From contig CAVWHO010000014.1 of assembly GCA_963754875.1 (NCBI GenBank), forward strand, positions 64,001 to 128,000: a stretch of 64,000 bases of DNA. The letters are read 5' to 3'. Position 1 is the stretch's first letter, and each line of letters begins with the position of its first letter. The notes beneath the pieces are model-generated. The model searched no databases, had not been told where the DNA came from, and was given only the letters and a program-made list of their open reading frames with translations. This DNA is from Nitrospirota bacterium (GTDB lineage Bacteria; Nitrospirota; UBA9217). This document shows positions 11,208-20,943 of the stretch, piece by piece. A program made the position numbers and the translations under genes.

Positions 11208-12491
11208 ATGACATTAATTTATTTTCTCATCGTGATCGGTATCCTCGTGTTCGTGCACGAGTTCGGTCACTTTATCATGGCGAAGCGTGCAGGAGTCAGG
11301 GTCGAAAAATTCTCGCTCGGCATGGGCCCCAAGCTTTTCGGATACAAGAAAGGCGATACGGAGTACGTCATCTCCGCGTTGCCGCTCGGCGGGTACGTGA
11401 AGATGGCCGGTGAGAACCCCGACGAGGAGCCGACGGGCGCTGCAGACGAATTCCAGTCCAAGACCGTGTGGCAGCGCATGAAGATCGCGGCCACGGGACC
11501 GCTCACGAACATCGTCCTTGCATTCCTCATCATGCCGTTGGTGTTCATGGTCGGTACCTATTCGGAGGGACCGGCCAAGGTCGGCTACGTCGAGCCGGGT
11601 TCTCCGGCGGAGCGCTCCGGGTTCATGGCAGGCGATGTGATCGAGAAGATCAACGGCAGGAGCATCAGCGACTGGACCAAGGCGCTCTCGTTGATCGCCG
11701 TGAATCCCGATACGGACGTGGCGGTAGTGGTCGACCGGCAGGGGAAAAAAGAAACGCTGACGCTTCGGCCTGCGACGGCAACGGAACTCAAAATCGGCAT
11801 GTCGGGTCTGATACCGGACATGCCTGCGGAGATAGGCAAGTTGAAACCGGGGTTTCCGGCTGAAAAAGCGGGGATCGCCGTAAACGACAAGATCCTCGCC
11901 GTGGACGGCAAGACGATCTATCACTGGAACCAGTTCTCGGCCCTCGTACGGGACAGCAAGGGGAAAAAGCTGACGATCACCATCGAGCGGGGCGGCAAAC
12001 GAGTCGAAAAAGAGGTCACGCCCGTCGAGGACAGCGGCCGCTACGTGATCGGCGTCGAGCCGGTGTTCCGGCTGGTGTTTAAAAAGTACGGGTTCCTGGA
12101 ATCCATTCAACTCGGGTTTGACAAGACCCTCGAGTCGATCGACCTCACGTTCATCACCCTCAAGAAACTGGTGACCTTCGGCCTGTCTATCAAGACCCTC
12201 GGCGGTCCCGTGATGATCGCCCAAATGTCCGGCCAGGCTGCCGCAGCAGGACTGTCGGCGTTCCTCTCGCTCCTCGCTATGATCAGCATTTCGCTCGGCA
12301 TCCTGAACCTGCTGCCAATCCCGGTCCTCGACGGAGGGCTGATCCTGTTCCTCGTGATCGAGGCCATTCGTAAGAAGCCACTGAGCCGAAAGGTGATGGA
12401 AGTGTCGCAGAGCATCGGCGCCGGCCTCCTTATAACATTGATAGCAGTAGTGTCGTACAACGATGTGATGAGGATGTTTTTCAATAAGTAA
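11208..12491 (+). CDS. rseP: RIP metalloprotease RseP with two PDZ domains
   Basis: HEFGH and NLLPIPVLDGG motifs. Confidence 0.95.
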   Translation: MTLIYFLIVIGILVFVHEFGHFIMAKRAGVRVEKFSLGMGPKLFGYKKGDTEYVISALPLGGYVKMAGENPDEEPTGAADEFQSKTVWQRMKIAATGPLTNIVLAFLIMPLVFMVGTYSEGPAKVGYVEPGSPAERSGFMAGDVIEKINGRSISDWTKALSLIAVNPDTDVAVVVDRQGKKETLTLRPATATELKIGMSGLIPDMPAEIGKLKPGFPAEKAGIAVNDKILAVDGKTIYHWNQFSALVRDSKGKKLTITIERGGKRVEKEVTPVEDSGRYVIGVEPVFRLVFKKYGFLESIQLGFDKTLESIDLTFITLKKLVTFGLSIKTLGGPVMIAQMSGQAAAAGLSAFLSLLAMISISLGILNLLPIPVLDGGLILFLVIEAIRKKPLSRKVMEVSQSIGAGLLITLIAVVSYNDVMRMFFNK

Positions 12492-12500
12492 AAGTCATCA

Positions 12501-12537
12501 CCCCTCACCTCAATCCTCTCCCCGGAAGGGGAGAGGG
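12501..12537. repeat. REP-like palindrome (CCCCTCACC..CCTCTCCC/GGGAGAGG type)
   Basis: cccctcacctcaat followed by the cctctcccc-ggaa-ggggagagg hairpin between rseP and ispG. Confidence 0.6.
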
Positions 12538-12564
12538 AAGGAGTCAGGGGGAACTCAGGCGAAC

Positions 12565-13645
12565 GTGGACAATCCTATCACCCGGAAAAAAACCAGACAA
12601 ATATCCCTCGGCTCTGTCAAGATCGGCGGCAACGCGCCTGTTGCGGTCCAGTCCATGTGCAATACCGACACCCGCGATCAGCAGGCGACGCTTGCCCAGA
12701 TCAAACAGCTCGAGCAGGCAGGGTGCGAGCTTGTCCGCCTCGCGGTCCCCGATGAAGCTGCAGCGAAGGCCATCAATAAAATCAAGAAAGGGACTGACCT
12801 TCCGCTGATCGCCGACATTCATTTCGACTACCGTTTGGCGCTCGAAGCAGTGAAACAGGGGATCGATGGACTCAGGATCAACCCCGGAAATATCGGCGGC
12901 AAGGATAAGGTCTGCCGAAGTGGTCCGGGCTTGCAGGGACAGGGGCATACCGGTCCGCATCGGCGTGAACGCGGGCTCGCTCGAAAAGCATCTCCTTGAA
13001 AAGTACGGGCACCCCACGCCCGAGGCCATTGTGGAGAGCGCCTTCGGCCACATCCGTATCCTCGAAGAGCTGAATTTTAAGGACATCAAAGTCTCGCTCA
13101 AGGCCTCCGACGTGATGACGACCGTCTCAGCCTATCGTTTGTTTTCGCAAAAGTCCGATTACCCGCTTCACATCGGCATCTCCGAAGCAGGCACGCTCTT
13201 CTCCGGAACGATCAAGTCGAGCGTGGGCCTCGGCATTCTCCTTGCCGAAGGCATCGGCGATACGATGCGCGTGTCGCTGACTGCGGACCCGGTCGAGGAA
13301 GTGCGGGTCGCTTACGAAATACTGAAATCACTGAAAATCAGGCAACGGGGCGTGAACATCATTTCCTGTCCCACTTGCGGCAGGACCGAGATCGATATCA
13401 TCGGTCTTGCCCGGGAAGTGGAGAAGCGCCTCGCTCATATCAAAGAGCCGATCACGGTCGCTGTTATGGGCTGCGTCGTGAACGGGCCCGGCGAGGCGCG
13501 CGAGGCGGACGTGGGCATCGCGGGCGGCAAAGGCGTTGGTCTCTTGTTCAAGCACGGTGACATCCTCAAAAAGTTCGATGAGAAGGAATTGGCAGATGTG
13601 CTGGTCCATGAAGTAGAAAAAATAATTGATGAGAAGAAGTCATGA
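12565..13645 (+). CDS. ispG: HMBPP synthase (GcpE), frameshift near 12912
   Basis: VQSMCNT, ADIHFDY and RINPGNIG, then [16 protein letters not shown] and [10 protein letters not shown]. Confidence 0.94.
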
Positions 13646-13706
13646 GCCGGTAGCCAGAGAGAGACTGTGCCGTTCTCCTGACTCCCGGATTCTGACTCCT
13701 GTCTTC
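13644..13706. repeat. Intergenic heptamer array (TGACTCC family)
   Basis: tgactcc-cggattc-tgactcc-tgtcttc at 13679-13706, with degenerate complementary units upstream. Confidence 0.6.
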
Positions 13707-13722
13707 TGCATAGGGAGGTTTC

Positions 13723-15414
13723 ATGCGCTTTTCCCGTTTGTTTATCCCCACCTTGAAAGAAGCGCCGGCCGAGGCCGAGGCCGTATCGCACAAGCTCATG
13801 GTGCGCGCCGGCTTCGTGCGGCAGCTCGCGGCAGGGCTCTATATTTACCTGCCGCTCGGCATCAGGGTGATGCAGAAGATCAACGAGATCATCCGAGAGG
13901 AGATGAACGCCATCGGCGGCCAGGAAGTGACCATGCCGGTCTTGAACCCGGCCGAAGTCTGGCAGCAAACGGGCAGGTGGGACGCCATCGGCGACGAGAT
14001 GTTCCGCCTGAAGGACCGTGGCGGCCGCGACATGTGCCTCGCCATGACCCATGAAGAGACGATGACCTGGCTTGCTGCCCACGATCTCCGCTCCTACCGC
14101 GACCTGCCGCAGGTCTGGTACCAGGTTCAGACGAAGCTTCGCGATGAAGCGCGGCCCAAGAGCGGCATCTTGCGCACGCGCGAGTTCACGATGAAGGATT
14201 CCTATAGTTTTGATCGTGACGACGAAGGACTCGATAAGTCTTACCAGCTCCATCTCGAAGCATACAAAAAGATCTACGCCCGGTGCGGCATCAGGTTCTA
14301 CGTTGTCCAGAGCGACACCGGCATGATGGGCGGCTCCATGGCCCACGAGTACATGGCCCCTTCCGCTGCAGGCGAAGACGATGTGGCGCTCTGCGACGGC
14401 TGCGGATATGCAGCGAATACGGAGCTGGCGCTGTCCGTGCCAAAAGCAGCTCAATTGCCAGATTGGGGTTTTGAAGAGGTGGCCACGCCGGAACGGCGGA
14501 CCATCGAAGAGGTGACCCGTTTTCTGAAGGTCGCGCCCGACCTTCTGCTGAAATCCATTCTCGTAATGAGCGACAAAGGCCCCGTCCTTGCCCTGGTGCG
14601 CGGGGACCAGACGCTGCATGAAAAGAAACTGGCAAAGCTCATCGGCCCGCACCGTCCGGCTCAGAAGGACGAGCTCAAGGCGGCCCTCGGTGTAGCTGCG
14701 GGCTTCATCGGCCCCATGGGCCACAAAATCAGGAAAATTGCAGACCGCGTTCTTCAGCAGGGGACGTACATCGCCGGAGCCAATAAAGAAGGATACCACG
14801 TGAAGGGTGTAAGCGCTGAAAAGCACTTTGCCGATGCCGAGTTCGCAGACATCCATACGGCAGCAGCGGGCGACGCCTGCGCTCAATGCGGCAAGGAGCT
14901 TCGGATCGAGCGGGTCATCGAGGTGGGGAATATCTTCAAGCTGGGGACCAAATACTCGGTACCGCTCAAGGCAAACTATCTCGACGAACAAGGCAATGAG
15001 AAGCCGATCATCATGGGCAGTTACGGCATCGGCCCGGCGCGCATCGCCGCCGCCGCCGTTGAACAGGGGAATGACGAGAACGGGATCATCTGGCCGCTCG
15101 CAATCGCGCCGTTCCAGATACTCCTCGTGCCGGTCAATGTGAAAGACGTGAAATCCATGGACGTCGCCGAAGAGATGTATACAGCCCTGGAAGAGAAGGG
15201 GTTCGAGGTGTTGATGGACGACCGGGACGAACGGGCCGGCGTCAAGTTCAAAGACGCCGACCTCATCGGGATTCCCTGGCGTATTATTATCGGCGAAAAA
15301 AATCTCAAAGAGAATAGGGTGGAGATCAAAGAACGCAAGACCGGCGCCGTGGAAAAGGTGAAGGTTGAAGAAGCAGTGGAGCAAATCGCGAAGAGGCTGG
15401 TTTTGGAAATATAA
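13723..15414 (+). CDS. proS: Proline--tRNA ligase (bacterial type with editing domain)
   Basis: KLRDEARPKSGILRTREFTMKDSYSF, IEVGNIFKLGTKYS and MGSYGIG. Confidence 0.97.
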   Translation: MRFSRLFIPTLKEAPAEAEAVSHKLMVRAGFVRQLAAGLYIYLPLGIRVMQKINEIIREEMNAIGGQEVTMPVLNPAEVWQQTGRWDAIGDEMFRLKDRGGRDMCLAMTHEETMTWLAAHDLRSYRDLPQVWYQVQTKLRDEARPKSGILRTREFTMKDSYSFDRDDEGLDKSYQLHLEAYKKIYARCGIRFYVVQSDTGMMGGSMAHEYMAPSAAGEDDVALCDGCGYAANTELALSVPKAAQLPDWGFEEVATPERRTIEEVTRFLKVAPDLLLKSILVMSDKGPVLALVRGDQTLHEKKLAKLIGPHRPAQKDELKAALGVAAGFIGPMGHKIRKIADRVLQQGTYIAGANKEGYHVKGVSAEKHFADAEFADIHTAAAGDACAQCGKELRIERVIEVGNIFKLGTKYSVPLKANYLDEQGNEKPIIMGSYGIGPARIAAAAVEQGNDENGIIWPLAIAPFQILLVPVNVKDVKSMDVAEEMYTALEEKGFEVLMDDRDERAGVKFKDADLIGIPWRIIIGEKNLKENRVEIKERKTGAVEKVKVEEAVEQIAKRLVLEI

Positions 15415-15419
15415 TGACA

Positions 15420-15533
15420 ATGAATCCCGCGACTTGCAATCCCCCGGCTCCCGCCGGGGGTTCGCGCCGTAGGCCGCCGGGAGGTCGCGTTATTCAGGGG
15501 AGCCTCCGGCTCCTGCCGGAGGGGGCTCCACTA
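15420..15533. repeat. Multi-hairpin REP/MITE-like element, long copy
   Basis: Nested palindromes cccccggc-tccc-gccggggg and ggagcctccggc-tcct-gccggagggggctcc; both ends recur at 52668-52718. Confidence 0.75.
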
Positions 15534-15616
15534 GTTCAGGGCCTGCGTTTTGGGAACCTGGACCTTTTTTCTTCACATCGTTACACTTTCCGTTGACGGG
15601 AGGCTCCTGATTGGAA

Positions 15617-15850
15617 ATGGAAATAGAGCAGATCAAGACGATCGTCGCCGAGATGAGCCGGCAATACCGGGCAAAGGACGGTCAAGTGACTTTTGCAGGA
15701 GTCGATGGAGGCACGGTCAAGATCGCTCCTGCAGGTTTCTGCTGGCGTTGACATATTACACGAATGGCCCTGGTCCGGGGCTTGCAAAGCAAACTTAAAG
15801 CGGAATTTCCCTGGGTTGAACAGGTCATTGTAATCAAGCCGCAGCAGTGA
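15617..15850 (+). CDS. Nfu/NifU-C-domain protein, putative selenoprotein (CxxU, UGA at 15749-15751)
   Basis: MEIEQIKTIVAEMSRQYRAKDGQVTFAGVDGGTVKIAPAGFCWR-UGA-HITRMALVRGLQSKLKAEFPWVEQVIVIKPQQ; Nfu-like similarity on both sides of the UGA; GGGAGG RBS at 15598; alternative TTG start at 15611. Confidence 0.75.
15767..15781 (+). promoter_or_regulatory. Candidate bacterial SECIS hairpin
   Basis: gccctg-gtc-cggggc stem-loop with G at the apex about 21 nt after the in-frame UGA. Confidence 0.5.
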
Positions 15851-15870
15851 ATATGTGGCCAAAAATAAGC

Positions 15871-15899
15871 TTGAATTCCGCCGCTGATGAGCCTATAAT
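15871..15899 (+). promoter_or_regulatory. Sigma-70-type promoter
   Basis: TTGAAT-17 nt-TATAAT upstream of the 15935 ORF. Confidence 0.55.
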
Positions 15900-15934
15900 C
15901 GCGGCTTATAAGGATTTCCGGGAGGTATCGTTCT

Positions 15935-16162
15935 GTGGAAGAAATCGTAAAGCTTGAGCTGACGCCGCAGCAGATGGCGGAAATAAAAAAACAGATCGGT
16001 TTTGAGCTTCGCGAAATTTACCTGACGAAGCGGTCGTTGAACAAACTGCGTGTTTTCCGGCTTCGTCTCAGCGAGGAGCAACAACTGGTCCTTGAGGAGA
16101 AGCTCGGCCAAAAAGTACGGGAACTTACCGTAACGCGCTCGGTCGCAACAAGGATCTTGTGA
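15935..16162 (+). CDS. Small hypothetical protein with an internal duplication
   Basis: GGAGG RBS, GTG start, own promoter, two similar halves. Confidence 0.7.
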   Translation: MEEIVKLELTPQQMAEIKKQIGFELREIYLTKRSLNKLRVFRLRLSEEQQLVLEEKLGQKVRELTVTRSVATRIL

Positions 16163-16279
16163 TGTCCTATTTTCTTCAAGGAGTTTTAATCAACGGCATT
16201 GAAAGCAGGGTGTTTTTCCCCCAGGGGCACGTCCCCGTATTTTATTAATTGACGTCTATCCGAAAGGAGGTGAACCTTC

Positions 16280-16468
16280 TTGAAAAAAATTTTTGCACTC
16301 ATATTGGCCCTCGTATTCGTTGTGGCCGTTGCTCTGGTCGGCTGCGAGAAGAAACAGCAGCCTGCACCGCCGCCTGCTCAGCCTGCCGTAACTCAGCCGC
16401 CTGCTCCCCCAGCGCCGGCCCCGGCCCCGGCACCGGCTCCTGAACCGGCGAAGCCGGCAAAAAAGTAG
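16280..16468 (+). CDS. Small Pro/Ala-rich lipoprotein
   Basis: AAGGAGGTG RBS, signal peptide with lipobox LVGC, PAPAPAP tail. Confidence 0.8.
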   Translation: MKKIFALILALVFVVAVALVGCEKKQQPAPPPAQPAVTQPPAPPAPAPAPAPAPEPAKPAKK

Positions 16469-16502
16469 TTTCGAATGTCATGAATTCTAGAAATGGAAGA
16501 TC

Positions 16503-16527
16503 GGCCCCCCATCTGCGGGGGCCTTTT
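16503..16527 (+). terminator. Intrinsic terminator
   Basis: GC-rich hairpin (ggccccc ... gggggcc) followed by tttt. Confidence 0.65.
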
Positions 16528-16698
16528 ATATTTAACTGGGCATACAGAAGAGTATGGCCACGCGCATTTATTTCCGTGTATAATAGCTAAAGTCTAAGAT
16601 TTTTTGTGACGAGCTTTTCGAAGGATGAATGGTCCAAACCGCGGATCCTCCGCGTCAACGGGTCAGATTGTGAGACAGCAAACTCGAACGGGTCCCTT

Positions 16699-18495
16699 AT
16701 GACGAAATTGACGGCCGATCTTCTCTGCGATATCCTGATCAAAGCGGAAAAACTGAACCCCGAACAGGCCAGAGAGATCAAAGTAAAACAGGACGTTCAG
16801 CGAATGAAACTGCTCAAGGCCAGGGGAGAGACCTTGAACCGGGGGAGGATGCACCTTGAGGACGAAGTATCAGCCATCGAGGTCGCTGCATCACTGAACC
16901 TGGAAATTCCCGGCGCGCCCGGGCAGATACTGACCGAGGACCTCATTACCGAACTCGTCGCGCACCACGCCGGCCTGCCGTTTAAAAAGATAGACCCCCT
17001 TAAGCTCAATCCCGAGGTCATCACGCAAATCCTGTCGCGGGCCTTTGCACGCAGAAGCATTTCCGTGCCGATCGAGCGCGAAGACGACAGCCTAACGCTT
17101 GCCGTGGCGGACCCGTATAATATCGAAGTCATCGAGAACATTGAACGCATGGGCTACAAGGTCAAGCGCATCGTTTCCCCCAAAACCGATATTCTCAAGA
17201 TCATCACCGAGTTCTACGGGTTCCGGTCATCGGTCGCCGCTGCAGCGAAGGAAATGTCCTCCTCCGTCGATCTGGGCAACCTGGAACAGTTCGTCAAAAT
17301 GAAGTCCGTGTCCGAAATCGAAGCCACGGACAAACATGTCGTCAACGCCGTAGAGTTCCTGTTCCGATATGCCTTTGATCAGCGCGCCAGCGACATTCAC
17401 ATCGAGCCAAAACGCGATGCAAGCGAAGTCCGCCTCAGGATCGACGGCATGCTCACTACGATCAACAGGATCCCCAAGGTGGTCCACCCTGCCTTCGTTG
17501 CCCGCATCAAGATGCTCTCGCGCATGGATATCGCCGAAAAACGGCGGCCCCAGGACGGCAGGATCAAGACCGAATACAAGTCGCGGGAAGTCGAGCTCCG
17601 GGTCTCCTCGATGCCGACCGCCTTTGGCGAGAAAATCGTGCTCAGGATTTTCGATCCCGATATCCTTCTCCAGGACCTGGAAGAAATCGGCTTCGCACCG
17701 CGTGAGTACGAGCTGTTCCGTTCGTTTATCGCCCGGCCCCACGGCATCATCCTCGTGACTGGCCCGACGGGCAGCGGGAAAACGACGACGCTCTACTCTG
17801 CGCTCAAGACCGTCGCCACGCCCGAGGTGAACGTGGTGACGATCGAAGACCCCATCGAAATGGTGCACGACAAATTCAACCAGGTGAGCGTCCAGCCGCA
17901 GATCGGCGTCACCTTCGGCAGCACGCTCCGCACGATCCTGCGTCAGGACCCGGACATCATCATGGTCGGCGAGATCCGCGACCTCGAGACCGCCGAGAAC
18001 GCCGTCCAGGCTGCACTTACTGGCCATCTGGTGTTTTCGACGCTCCATACAAACGATGCGGCGAGCACGATCACGCGGCTCCTCGACCTCGGTATCCCGT
18101 CGTATCTTATTTCATCCACCATCATCGGCGTGATGGCCCAGCGGCTGGTCAGAAAGATCTGCAGGCATTGTGAAAAGTCCTATGAACTGCTCCCCGAGGA
18201 AGCGCAGGCCGTGGGACTCGCATCGGACAAGGACGAAAAAATCATCGTGAAGTACGGAGAGGGATGTCCCCAATGCAGGGGCACGGGATACCTCGGCCGC
18301 ACGGGCATCTTTGAGGTCATGGAATTGAACGACAGGATCAGGGCAATTATCCGCGATAAAGCAGATGTCGAGCTCATCAGAAAAGCGGCGGTTGCCGACG
18401 GCATGGTCGTGCTCCGCGAAGCCGCGGTGCAGAAAATGCTAAAAGGCGAGACGACCCTGGATGAGGTCATCCGGGTAACGGGGGAGAAGATTTGA
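16699..18495 (+). CDS. GspE/PilB-family secretion/pilus ATPase
   Basis: ASDIHIEP, GPTGSGKTTT, LRQDPDIIMVGEIRD, TGHLVFSTLH and a CxxC..CxxC zinc motif. Confidence 0.93.
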   Translation: MTKLTADLLCDILIKAEKLNPEQAREIKVKQDVQRMKLLKARGETLNRGRMHLEDEVSAIEVAASLNLEIPGAPGQILTEDLITELVAHHAGLPFKKIDPLKLNPEVITQILSRAFARRSISVPIEREDDSLTLAVADPYNIEVIENIERMGYKVKRIVSPKTDILKIITEFYGFRSSVAAAAKEMSSSVDLGNLEQFVKMKSVSEIEATDKHVVNAVEFLFRYAFDQRASDIHIEPKRDASEVRLRIDGMLTTINRIPKVVHPAFVARIKMLSRMDIAEKRRPQDGRIKTEYKSREVELRVSSMPTAFGEKIVLRIFDPDILLQDLEEIGFAPREYELFRSFIARPHGIILVTGPTGSGKTTTLYSALKTVATPEVNVVTIEDPIEMVHDKFNQVSVQPQIGVTFGSTLRTILRQDPDIIMVGEIRDLETAENAVQAALTGHLVFSTLHTNDAASTITRLLDLGIPSYLISSTIIGVMAQRLVRKICRHCEKSYELLPEEAQAVGLASDKDEKIIVKYGEGCPQCRGTGYLGRTGIFEVMELNDRIRAIIRDKADVELIRKAAVADGMVVLREAAVQKMLKGETTLDEVIRVTGEKI

Positions 18496-18550
18496 TTTTG
18501 GATTTTGGGACTGCGGGGGGAGCATCTGCAATCGTAAATTCGCGATCACC

Positions 18551-19840
18551 ATGCTAAATATGACTTCGATCATCGCTTTTATATCCGTTTTCTGGGCGCC
18601 TGCTACTGGCTGTGGGCGCAAGCATCCTCGTTGCCGCTTTTTTTGCCGCAGCCGAAACAGCCATCGTGTATTCGAACAAGGGGCATCTTCACGAACTGGC
18701 CGAAGCAGGAAACAAGCAGGCGAAGGTTGCCCTCATACTGGTGCAGGAGCGCGATCGCCTGCATTCCGCGCTGCTCTTGGCGGAAAATTTTCTGATCGTT
18801 CTTGCCGCAGTCATCACGATGGTCATTATCGGCAAGCCTGTTCACGGAGGTCCTTCTTGCTGCGGCATTCACGGTGCTTATCGTGACCGTTCTCGTCGTG
18901 TTCTTTGCAAAGCTGGCCCCGAAGGGAATCGCCTGCAGAAACCCCGACCGGATTCGCTCTGTCCGTCGCTTCTCCTCTGCACATGATCATGAACGTCCTG
19001 ACGCCTGTCTCCCGGCTGCTGACGGGCACGGCCGACCTGGTCGTCGGCCCGGGGCCGGAAGGCGCGTCCTGCTCCACGGTGGTCACCGAGGAAGACATCA
19101 AGGCCATGATCAACCTGGGTGAAGAGCGCGGCTCGCTGAAAGAGGAAGAAAAGGAATTGCTCCACAAAGTGTTCGAATTCGGCGATACGCTGGCATCGGA
19201 AGCAATGAGGCCCCGGACCGAGATCGTCAGCGTGCCCTCGAATGCGGCGCTACGGGAAGTGTTCGCCCTCGTATCGGAGTTCGGATATTCACGCTATCCC
19301 GTTATCGAAGATACGGTGGACACGGTCATCGGCATCCTGTATATCAAGGACATTCTCGTTGCCATGGCGTCGGGAGATGTGAAGCGCGAGGCGAGCATCC
19401 AGCAGTTCATCAGGCCGGCTTACTTTATTCCTGAAAACAAGCGGGTGAGCGAGCTCCTGTCCGAAATGCAGCGGGAGCGGTTCCAACTCGCCATTGTCAT
19501 CGATGAATACGGCGGCACGGCGGGACTGGTGACCCTCGAAGACCTGATCGAGGAGATCGTCGGCAGCATTCACGACGAATTGGAATCCGAGGAAAAGGAC
19601 GTCCAGATCGTTGACGAGAAGAACTTCGTGGTCTCGGGCCAGTCCCCGCTCGACGAGGTGAACGAGCTGCTCGACTCGAACCTCCAGTCAACGGACTTCA
19701 ATACGCTCGGCGGCTTTGTGTTCGGACTCTTTGGCAGGATGCCGAAAGTCGGCGAACAATTACGGTACCGGCACCTGAAGCTGGAGGTCCTGGAGCTCGA
19801 CGGGAGAAAGATCAGTAAGGTGAAGATAACGAAACTTTAG
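18551..19840 (+). CDS. Hemolysin/CorC-like CNNM-CBS protein, about 3 frameshifts in the first 400 nt
   Basis: FFAAAETA, LAPKGIA, MRPRTEI, YSRYPV, VIDEYGGTAGLVTLEDLIEEIVG and a CorC C-terminal domain. Confidence 0.85.
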
Positions 19841-19844
19841 GATG

Positions 19845-19985
19845 GCCACGGAAACACTTAGTCACGGAGAAAGTCGAAGAAGAGTTATGAGACCCCAGCA
19901 GGGCGGCGTGTTTGCATTGCTTTACTTGAAGTTGTGTTTCTCCGATCTCATGAGAAGTTTTCTGTGTCCCCGTGCATCCGTGGTT
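19845..19985. repeat. Intergenic CACGGA/TCCGTG mirror repeat
   Basis: gccacggaaac..gtcacggaga at the 5' end versus tctgtgtccccgtgcatccgtggt at the 3' end. Confidence 0.5.
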
Positions 19986-20019
19986 AAGATCGCTGGAATA
20001 TAATAGTGGAGGTGTTATT

Positions 20020-20943
20020 GTGCGGAAGAAAGTGACGGTTGTTGGTGCGGGCAATGTGGGGGCGACATTGGTGCAGCGTATCGCCGAGGCCCAGCTCGCG
20101 GACGTGGTGATGGTCGACGTTGTCGAAGGCGTGCCGCAAGGCAAGGGTCTCGATCTTCTGGAGGCGGGTCCAGTCCTCGGCTATGATTCGATGATCACCG
20201 GGGCAAATAGCTATGACGAAACTGCGGGATCGGACATCATCGTGATTACGGCCGGTCTGGCGCGAAAACCAGGCATGAGCCGCGATGACCTCCTTGCTAT
20301 GAACGGGAAAATAGTAAAGACTGTCGCTGAAGAGACTTCGCGCAGGTCACCGAAGGCGGTCATGATCGTGGTCACGAACCCCATGGACGTGATGGCCTTC
20401 GTGGCAATGAAAGCGAGCGGGTTCCCCAGGGAACGGGTCATCGGCATGGGAGGCGTGCTCGATTCCGCGCGGTTCCGGACATTCATCGCCAGGGAACTCA
20501 ACGTGTCGGTGGAAAATACCCATGCTTTCGTGCTCGGCGGTCATGGCGATTCCATGGTCCCTCTGCCGCGCTACTCGACCGTGGCCGGCATCCCGATCAC
20601 CGAACTGATGAGCAAGGCGACCATTGATAAACTGGTGGACCGCACAAAGAACGGGGGCGCCGAGATTGTTGCACTCCTCAAAACCGGCAGCGCCTATTAC
20701 GCTCCGTCGGCGTCCACCCTCGAAATGGTCGAAGCCGTCCTGCGGGACAAAAAGAAGATCCTTCCCTGCTCCGTGTATCTCGACGGCGAGTACGGCGTCA
20801 AAGGAGCGTATGCGGGAGTGCCGGTGAAGCTCGGAGCGAAGGGCGTGGAGCAGGTCGTCGAAATCAAACTGAGCGCCGATGAAAATACGGCCTTCATGAA
20901 GTCAGTTGAGGCGGTGAGATCGGGATGCGCGAAATTCACGTAG
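20020..20943 (+). CDS. mdh: Malate dehydrogenase (LDH-like)
   Basis: [26 protein letters not shown] and GGHGD. Confidence 0.95.
   Translation: MRKKVTVVGAGNVGATLVQRIAEAQLADVVMVDVVEGVPQGKGLDLLEAGPVLGYDSMITGANSYDETAGSDIIVITAGLARKPGMSRDDLLAMNGKIVKTVAEETSRRSPKAVMIVVTNPMDVMAFVAMKASGFPRERVIGMGGVLDSARFRTFIARELNVSVENTHAFVLGGHGDSMVPLPRYSTVAGIPITELMSKATIDKLVDRTKNGGAEIVALLKTGSAYYAPSASTLEMVEAVLRDKKKILPCSVYLDGEYGVKGAYAGVPVKLGAKGVEQVVEIKLSADENTAFMKSVEAVRSGCAKFT

Noticed and set aside
8500..12930. Programmed frameshifting in uppS or ispG
   Set aside because: There are no slippery sequences at the shift points, and many neighbouring genes are similarly broken, pointing to sequencing error
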